Source: Macrostomum lignano (taxonomy: Eukaryota). From it: a DNA stretch of 64,000 nt. The notes under the pieces are model-generated. The model did no database searches. It was given only the letters and a program-made list of their open reading frames with translations, and was not told the DNA's origin. The stretch covers positions 310,001 to 374,000 of the forward strand of contig NIVC01000946.1 in assembly GCA_002269645.1 (NCBI GenBank), given 5' to 3'. Positions 37,465 through 64,000 of this stretch are shown here, piece by piece (the first letter of the stretch is position 1; every line of letters starts with the position of its first letter). A program made the translations under genes and the position numbers.

Positions 37465-39303
37465 GAGCTGCTGGGCCACCCTCCCAGATCCTCAGTTGCT
37501 GGGCCAGCCTCCCAGATCATCAGTTGCTGGGCCAGCCTCCCAGATATTCAGTTGCTTGGCCAGCTTCCCAGATATTCAGTTGCTTGGCCAGCTTCCCAGA
37601 TACTCAGTTGCTTGGCCAGCTTCCCAGATACTCAGTTGCTTGGCCAGCTTCCCAGATATTCAGTTGCTTGGCCAGCCTCCCAGATCTTCAGTTGCTTGGC
37701 CAGCTTCCCAGATACTCAGTTGCTTGGCCAGCTTCCCAGATATTCAGTTGCTTGGCCAGCTTCCCAGATATTCAGTTGCTTGGCCAGCTTCCCAGATATT
37801 CAGTTGCTTGGCCAGCTTCCCAGATACTCAGTTGCTTGGCCAGCTTCCCAGATACTCAGTTGCTTGGCCAGCTTCCCAGATACTCAGTTGCTTGGCCAGC
37901 TTCCCAGATATTCAGTTGCTTGGCCAGCTTCCCAGATATTCAGTTGCTTGGCCAGCTTCCCAGATATTCAGTTGCTTGGCCAGCTTCCCAGATACTCAGT
38001 TGCTTGGCCAGCTTCCCAGATATTCAGTTGCTTGGCCAGCTTCCCAGATACTCAGTTGCTTGGCCAGCTTCCCAGATATTCAGTTGCTTGGCCAGCTTCC
38101 CAGATATTCAGTTGCTTGGCCAGCTTCCCAGATATTCAGTTGCTTGGCCAGCTTCCCAGATATTCAGTTGCTTGGCCAGCTTCCCAGATATTCAGTTGCT
38201 TGGCCAGCCTCCCAGATATTCAGTTGCTTGGCCAGCTTCCCAGATACTCAGTTGCTTGGCCAGCTTCCCAGATATTCAGTTGCTTGGCCAGCTTCCCAGA
38301 TATTCAGTTGCTTGGCCAGCTTCCCAGATATTCAGTTGCTTGGCCAGCTTCCCAGATATTCAGTTGCTTGGCCAGCTTCCCAGATACTCAGTTGCTAGGC
38401 CAGCCTCCCAGATCTTCAGTTGCTAGGCCGGCCTCCAAAATCCTCACCCGACGAAAACGGTACCCAGGCCAAGAAGCGTCCCGGAGTCCCTTGCGTCGCC
38501 CCATAGTCGTTTCAGACGCGTTGCAGATGACACAGGTCCAATAGGAAAGAAGTGATTCTAAATGACTTTAAAACAACGAGATGTCAGAGTCGTATTTGAG
38601 GCGTTCCAAAGTCGCATTAGAGTCACTAAGTTGTGTTTGAAGCGCATTTGCGTCGCTTGATAAATTAGAGTCAAATTTCTGGCGTTTCAGTGGCGTTCTG
38701 CAGTCGCATAAAAGTCGCAGAAGAAGCGCTTTAGCGTCGCTGTGGAGTCGTTAGTGCGTCACTTCTGAGGCGTTCTCAACGCGTTACAGAGTCGTTACTA
38801 TCAGAAAACGCATGCTCATCGACTCAGAAGTGATGCACTAACGATTCTACAGCGACGCTGAAGAGCTTCTGCGACTTTTTGGCGATTTGTACCGTGACAT
38901 CTCAAGTGACCCCGGGACGCTTCTTGGCCTGGGCACCGCTTCCATCGGGCAAGGAACACTCAGTTTTAGCCTGGACTCTTTTACGATTCTACAACTCACG
39001 TGCCGCAATTGTGATGCAAATAAAAGTTACAAGAGTCGCCCCAGACGCACAAGAGTCACTAGAGAGTTGTTTGCAATGACTTTAGTGACTCTTGTCACGG
39101 TATCGTTTTCAACGGGTCAGTTGCTGGGCCATCCTCCCAGATCCTCAGTTGCCGGGCCAGCCTCCTAGATCCTCAGTTGCTGGTCCAGCCTCCCAGATAC
39201 TCAGTTGCTGGGCCAGCCTCCTAGATCCTCAGTTGCTGGACCAGCCTCCCAGATACTCAGTTGCTGGGCCAGCCTCCTAGATCCTCAGTTGCTGGTCCAG
39301 CCT
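37465..39303. repeat. 28-bp minisatellite CTTGGCCAGCTTCCCAGATA(T/C)TCAGTTG, split by a MITE
   Basis: The array runs 37465-38446 and resumes at 39117-39303. It is related to the TRMT1 intron 4 repeat. Confidence 0.95.
38447..39116. mobile_element. GACTC-rich MITE with CCCG termini and 3-bp TSD (CACTA/EnSpm-like)
   Basis: Starts CCCGACGAAAACGGTA and ends TATCGTTTTCAACGGG. TCA is duplicated at 38444-38446 and 39117-39119. An internal ~42-bp inverted copy of the left end finishes at 38949. Confidence 0.8.
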
Positions 39304-39492
39304 CAGATGCCAGATTTTTCACTGATTTAAAGTCACTCAATTTTTAACTCGGATTTCGCTCATATTGATTTTTTCAGTAAGCTTGATTTATTTAAATTTT
39401 TTTTCTAGAAAACATTTTGCTTTTAGCTTTTACTTTTGCCATTATAACTTTTCCAGCTACCTTGGCTTAAGAATATTAAGCACAGAAATACA

Positions 39493-40329
39493 ATGTCGCA
39501 CCCTGCGTCACAAGCAATACTACTAGTCTCATTAGTACTGCTGCCGTTGGCTATTTATGCCGTTGAAATCAATAGCAAGCCAGATTCCGCAGCCGCCAGC
39601 AACGCCACGTACTCGAACCTGACTAGCGAAGATTTGAGCTCGCTGCCGCTGTCCGAACGGACTGTGGCCGGGGCGCTGCGGCTGTGCCAGGAGAAATCGC
39701 CTGGCGAGTTCTGCGCCTGGCTTCGAGTCGATCCCGACACGGAGCTGGTGAGCGGCGGCGCCTGCTTCAACGAGGCCAAGCACTCGTGCAATAAGATTGG
39801 CTACACTGGCAGCAAGAATAATCGGCGGGCTTATCGCTATCTGACCTGCGGCGGCTGCGACTCCTGCGCTAGCGAGAAAGCCACGAGTAACTGCGATACG
39901 CCTGACAGCAACTGCACTCTGCTCTGCTACTGCAGCTGCGGACAGCGGCTTCTGAGTGGCGGCTCCTCCAGCGATTCCTCGGCCTCCTATAATACTACTA
40001 TTGGCGACAATTGGCACTTTGCTTATCCTTGCACCGGAGTGTGCGATAAGAATTATAACTGTCCAGGCTATGAAGACGAGAATGCGCTCATGTGCGATCA
40101 TCTGTATTCTACTGACATCAAATGGTCGTGGGATGCGTTTGTTAAAATGTTTGAACGACCGCAGATTAAAATATTGACTGCTTTTCTGGTCCTGTGCTTA
40201 CCGGTTATGGTGCTCCTCATGCTGAATAAGAAATACCGCTGGTTGCCTTGGATGCTTAAACACCCGCCCCCGCCACGTTCCAGCGCTGATAGCGCCCTGC
40301 TGGCTCAGCAGCAGTCTGCCAACACCTAG
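39493..40329 (+). CDS. Cys-rich type-I membrane protein with LDLa-like module (paralog 2), 278 aa
   Basis: ATG, signal peptide ILLVSLVLLPLAIYA, LC...SP..FCAW, CFNE.K..CN, CYCSC, CDKNYNCPGYEDENALMC, TM segment ILTAFLVLCLPVMVLLML followed by NKKYR. Confidence 0.85.
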   Translation: MSHPASQAILLVSLVLLPLAIYAVEINSKPDSAAASNATYSNLTSEDLSSLPLSERTVAGALRLCQEKSPGEFCAWLRVDPDTELVSGGACFNEAKHSCNKIGYTGSKNNRRAYRYLTCGGCDSCASEKATSNCDTPDSNCTLLCYCSCGQRLLSGGSSSDSSASYNTTIGDNWHFAYPCTGVCDKNYNCPGYEDENALMCDHLYSTDIKWSWDAFVKMFERPQIKILTAFLVLCLPVMVLLMLNKKYRWLPWMLKHPPPPRSSADSALLAQQQSANT

Positions 40330-40469
40330 GGTGCATGCGTAGCCTGTGTGCACCCAGGTTGCATTGCCCAGGATTGGATTTACAATAGGTGGATTAATAG
40401 GTTAACTAGTGAGAGAGTCAATTACCGGTAAGGAAATGGATTAGTGGGTCTGGACTTGATAAATGAATG

Positions 40470-40870
40470 GATGAACTAGATTATCAGGTTATGAAATGGA
40501 TTAACGGGTGTGGAATTGATTAATAATGGGTACATGAAATGGATTATCAGGTTGGGAAATGGATTAACGGGTGTGGAATTGATTAAGGGGTAGGTGAAAT
40601 GGATTATCAGGTTGGGAAATGGATTAACGGGTGTGGAATTGATTAAGGGGTAGGTGAAATGGATTATCAGGTTGGGAAATGGATTAACGGGTGTGGAATT
40701 GATTAAGGGGTAGGTGAAATGGATTATCAGGTTGGGAAATGGATTAACGGGTGTTGAATTGATTAATGGGTACATGAAATGGATTATCAGGTTGGGAAAT
40801 GGATTAACGGGTGTGGAATTGATTAATAATGGGTACATGAAATGGATTATCAGGTTGGGAAATGGATTTT
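40470..40870. repeat. 60-63-bp tandem repeat (~6 copies)
   Basis: Lines 40561, 40621 and 40681 are identical. Confidence 0.95.
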
Positions 40871-42776
40871 TGGCTAACTGGGATGGATTAACGAACGGGG
40901 AAGTGGATTAACGTGTACGCGGAATTAAGTGAGGTTGATTAACAAGCATAAAAATGGATTAATAGATAGTATTAACATATCTAGGAAGACAACGGGTTGT
41001 AGTTTCAAGAGATAGATTAAAATGTAGTAGAATTGATCAACTGTTTCTAGTTGAATTAAATAAGTGTGATAAAAGTTGAATTGACTGTTTGTAAGGTTGA
41101 GCACAAGTTTATTAGCAATTTTGCTATTAGCAATTAGAGTGCGATGTCTTAGCGAAACACTGTATAGACTAGTACTCGTATTCGCTTTCGTTTTCACTTC
41201 CGATATTTATTTTACTTGTACAATAGTCTTTTATCAATCCTCCTTTCATTGCAACAGTTTTAAATTGACAGGTTCATGTAAAGTCAATTTGACAACGGAA
41301 TATTAATGGGTATAACAAAAAATGACTGATGAAAATTTAAATCGATAACAAAAAAATCTGCTTTTGTAGGCTGCTTTTTAGTTTGGCTTATTTAAAAAAA
41401 TCTTTAACTTTGTTATACCGTGTCCGCAAAATTTTCCGGTTTAGAAGGTTTCCGGGTTTGTAAAAATATAAAAAAACAGTCTAATAAGCTACTCGTATAT
41501 GCCAGCTTTTCATTCGGTTTTCTAAGCGAACCATTTGGCCCTAGATGTGACCCCTCGGCCATAATTGCCTTTTGCTAACTTAACTGCATAAATAGGCATA
41601 GAATCTGATATTCTTGATCAATAAACTTATTGCATTGAAAGCCTATATTACCGTCTTACTCTTCTCAGTAATGAATCTCTTAAAAAATTTAAGCATAAGT
41701 GACAGAATTTGGCGAACCGTTGTGATTGTCTGACCTTAAAATCCGGCTGAGTCCGGAGTCCTCTTGCCCTGGGTGCCTCTTCTCCCGACCCCTTGGCCTG
41801 GCCCCCAATAATGAGCTGGATAGGCGATGCCCTTGGGTTGGCAGCAATAGAGGTGGACGGTCTTCCCGCCTGGAGTCTCCCCCTCGGATACAAGCCTTCC
41901 AGACTCACTCCAAATTAGAGCTGGGTAGTGAAAAGCCTTGAGGCTCGAGACCTACAGTTGTCGGATTCTGTATAGGATCGCTCTTGGTAATTAGCTGCCC
42001 AGACTCGCTCCAATAGTTTAAGCCATTTCCAAGGTTTAGGAGTAGTTCCTCACTTGGACCGCTTTCAGTAGTATCCCAAACTTTTCGTTTTCAAATTTCT
42101 CTGCGCACACCCAAAAGACTTGCTGGCTGGGGGGGTGGTCTGGGTGGATTCGGTCCTAGCACCGTCCCTGATTCCACTGTTGGTTTGGCGGTGTCTTGTA
42201 CCATAGGCTTGAAGTCCCTCGCCCCTTCCCTAGCTTTAAGCTGGGGCCCAACTAAATTGGTATTTGGGTATCTCGGGTACACAGTCTTATCTGTGCCCTT
42301 GGCAGTGCCCTCTGCGGCAGAGCCCCTCCCAGGGCTGATCCGCGGGTAGCTAAGCTTCCCACCCCCGTTTAACAACAACCTTAAAATATCAAAGCTTCAT
42401 TTTAAAAGCTTCATTAATTCTATAATTTTTTCTATGCAGATTTGAATTCATCATTTTCGTTACACCTGATCTTATTGTTTATATTTGTTTGTTTCAATTC
42501 TTCGTTTTATTTGCAATGTACGGTAAAAAATTGAAAAACCTCCCCTTTTTTCTTCGCCATACTTCGCTTAACTTAACTACTGAATATAATAAGTAGTATG
42601 CTGCACTGTTTTTATCTTTTTAATTCTATTTTTAATATATGACATGCGTTTTGCTTGGAATGAGAACGGCTTTTCCCATGCAGTGTTGTACACAAACACA
42701 TGCACTGACTCTTTGGACTCCGCTTCTCTTGTACAACCGAAATTTAAAGAATTTTACGCTCTAGATACTGAAGGAA

Positions 42777-43647
42777 TTGGTCTGCACACTCGATACCTGC
42801 TCCTCAGTCACACCTGATCATTGGTCTGCACACTCGATACCTGCTCCTCAGTCACACCTGATCATTGGTCTGCACACTCGATACCTGCTCCTCAGTCACA
42901 CCTGATCATTGGTCTGCACACTCGATACCTGCTCCTCAGTCACACCTGATCATTGGTCTGCACACTCGATACCTGCTCCTCAGTCACACCTGATCATTGG
43001 TCTGCACACTCGATACCTGCTCCTCAGTCACACCTGATCATTGGTCTGCACACTCGATACCTGCTCCTCAGTCACACCTGATCATTGGTCTGCACACTCG
43101 ATACCTGCTCCTCAGTCACACCTGATCATTGGTCTGCACACTCGATACCTGCTCCTCAGTCACACCTGATCATTGGTCTGCACACTCGATACCTGCTCCT
43201 CAGTCACACCTGATCATTGGTCTGCACACTCGATACCTGCTCCTCAGTCACACCTGATCATTGGTCTGCACACTCGATACCTGCTCCTCAGTCACACCTG
43301 ATCATTGGTCTGCACACTCGATACCTGCTCCTCAGTCACACCTGATCATTGGTCTGCACACTCGATACCTGCTCCTCAGTCACACCTGATCATTGGTCTG
43401 CACACTCGATACCTGCTCCTCAGTCACACCTGATCATTGGTCTGCACACTCGATACCTGCTCCTCAGTCACACCTGATCATTGGTCTGCACACTCGATAC
43501 CTGCTCCTCAGTCACACCTGATCATTGGTCTGCACACTCGATACCTGCTCCTCAGTCACACCTGATCATTGGTCTGCACACTCGATACCTGCTCCTCAGT
43601 CACACCTGATCATTGGTCTGCACACTCGATACCTGCTCCTCAGTCAC
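42777..43647. repeat. Near-perfect 44-bp tandem repeat (~20 copies) TGGTCTGCACACTCGATACCTGCTCCTCAGTCACACCTGATCAT
   Basis: No visible variants until the last unit. Confidence 0.97.
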
Positions 43648-44604
43648 GCCTAGTGGGACACCGAAAGTATCGCAGTATCTGTGCTGAGCATCCTGCTGTC
43701 TGCCCTTGGCTTCATCATATGCTTCTAGACTTGTCCCATCCACTCACGCAGTGTAGACAGCGGCCCTGACTCTCATTAGGGGCTTAGCTGACCGCAGGAA
43801 AGACATCAAATGCTAGGGTTAGGATGTTCTTCAGGAAGTGTACATGTAGCTCGTAGGGTCTGTTGGTCTGTTGGAAAGTTGTCTCCTGAGTTCACAGCTA
43901 ATAAAAGCTGACGAAGAGTGACTCCAGATAGCTTTTTACACATATTTAGAAGGACAACATGTGATTACAATCCGTTTAGCTCTTTACGTAGTGAATCAGT
44001 AAAAGGTAACTCAATATAAGATACATGTTAACAACGTTAAATAATTTGACCTTACATGTATATTTCACAAATATTAATAGTTGAATCGTGAAAATTGTTT
44101 CTTTGAAAGTTATTAGTTTATTACTTGATAATCTTAATTCTATTTTGTGGGTTTCAGTTCAGACAGCAAATAAAATTGATTTTTCCAAAAGGAATAGTAG
44201 GATATAGTTTAGATTATCAAATATTCTAGGTAGTATCAAATGACAAATTTGACAAAAACAGAAAATAACTTTTAAAAATGGTCAGGCACAAGACTATATG
44301 GATTTAAATATTTTATCACAGGCCTGTGGAATTTTCATTAATTCATTTTGCCGTTGAAAATATATGCGTCATAGAAACTGTTACTTCACCAGCTTAGCGG
44401 CAGCTTTCAAACCATTTGATAAAAAATATATTTTAGTTAAGCCGTGGATTGGCCTGCTGCCTGGCTTGACTCCACAATGCCAGAGGCTCTCTGCAAAAAT
44501 AGTTGTTTAAAAAAACCTGGGCTTGTGAATTACGAACAATACACAATAATTAATTCAGTAGTATCTAATATAATATATTATTTTCTATCCCTTTCTTACG
44601 CTCG

Positions 44605-45060
44605 TAACACGCCCGTGTCACTTCTCTATGGTCCCAATTATATAGCCAGCTATCCTCGTGATCGGGGTTGATTTGTCTATGTACATTAGCCAAACGCCGC
44701 GTGAAAGACAGTGTACATAGCTTAACTAGAGAATATTCTTATCTTGTCCACCTCCCCTGACTTTCTAAGCACGTCGTCACTTCTGTGTGTACAAATTTTT
44801 TGCCAGCTTTCCTCGCGCTTTGAGGTTGGGGGTTACGCTGTCAAAGTGCGCCATTAGCTAACCGCCGCCCGAAAGACAATGTAGTGCTATAATATATTCT
44901 TCTCTTGCCTCTGACTTTCTAAAAAAGACCTTGTCACTTCTGTATTCGTCTATTCGTCCCAATTTTATTGCCAGCTATCCTCGCGTTCTGGGGTTGAATG
45001 GGGATTAACTGCCAATGTACATTAGCTAACCGCCGCGCGAAGGGCTATGTACATCCACAG
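44605..45060. repeat. Old ~160-bp tandem triplication
   Basis: GTCACTTCT...GCCAGCT(A/T)TCCTCG...ATTAGC(C/T)AA.CGCCGC recurs near 44616, 44776 and 44933. Confidence 0.75.
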
Positions 45061-45250
45061 CTATTCATGAACTGTTTAAAAAGTTATCACGTGATTTTGA
45101 CTTTAAACGATCGAGTGAGTTCTCTCTCCATCTTTAGTCAATTACGCAGAAAATGGTAGGGATTTGCTTTACTTGCTTCTTAGTAACAGTTCGTGCCCAA
45201 TGAGCTATAGATTTTTTATTCCAATTAAAATCAAAATTAAAAAAACTCAC

Positions 45251-63647
<18,397 letters not shown>

Positions 63648-63864
63648 CTGCGGGCGGGTGCGTCGGTTCATGATTGATAGAATGTTTGACCTTCGCTGAT
63701 ATCTCATGGCTGATATCAATGACACCATCTATGAATGACCTATTACATCTACGACCATCTTTGAATGACCTACTACAGCCAAGATCATTTGTTAAAATCT
63801 ATGGACGACCTACATTTATGACACCAACACACCGATGGCATATCCTTCTCCTTTTATTTTATTT

Positions 63865-64000
63865 TTTATTAGAGGCAGGGGGGTTGTGTGCACCCTGGCG
63901 CACTTTAAGCGACATAGGCTCACAACCGGCGAGAGGCATTACTGCCCATTCCGCCGACTCCCCTGAGCAGGCATACAAGCGCGCGGATACGTACGCAGGC
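63865..64000 (-). mobile_element. 3' end of another copy of the 55829-56190 SINE
   Basis: Near-identical to 55838-55970; runs off the window edge. Confidence 0.85.

Noticed and set aside
37496-38544. Three ~300-aa overlapping ORFs
   Set aside because: A 28-bp repeat lacking stop codons is open in all three frames, and the starts are not ATG.
41648-42378. GC-richer minus-strand ORFs (86 and 95 aa)
   Set aside because: They have non-ATG starts, no recognisable motif and no clear splice sites. They may be a retroelement relic but I cannot support that.
42777-43647. CRISPR-like regularity of the 44-bp array
   Set aside because: The units are identical with no unique spacers, the context is eukaryotic, and there are no cas genes.

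Overview
This is eukaryotic (animal) genomic DNA with spliceosomal GT-AG introns, GC-rich exons and many minisatellites. The style resembles a free-living flatworm such as Macrostomum, but that is inference only. 1-13.8 kb is a cluster of DNA transposons: a piggyBac relic, a young 4.4-kb foldback element (1.4/1.7-kb inverted arms, 9-10-bp TSD) carrying a transposase C-terminus fused to a USP-type Cys box, a non-autonomous hAT element, a Chapaev relic and an EnSpm/CACTA relic. On the + strand follow TRMT1 (5 exons), a front-end fatty-acid desaturase (2 exons), a 138-aa orphan ORF and two paralogous Cys-rich type-I membrane proteins. On the - strand, 45.2-63.6 kb holds the 3' part of a divergent IP3-receptor-like channel gene (11 firm exons plus 1 putative) that lacks the canonical GGGIGD filter. 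An intronless non-alpha nicotinic-type Cys-loop receptor appears nested in one of its introns. Most introns carry their own distinct minisatellite, and tRNA-derived SINEs and a GACTC-rich MITE family are also present. Most long entries in the ORF track are translations of repeats.
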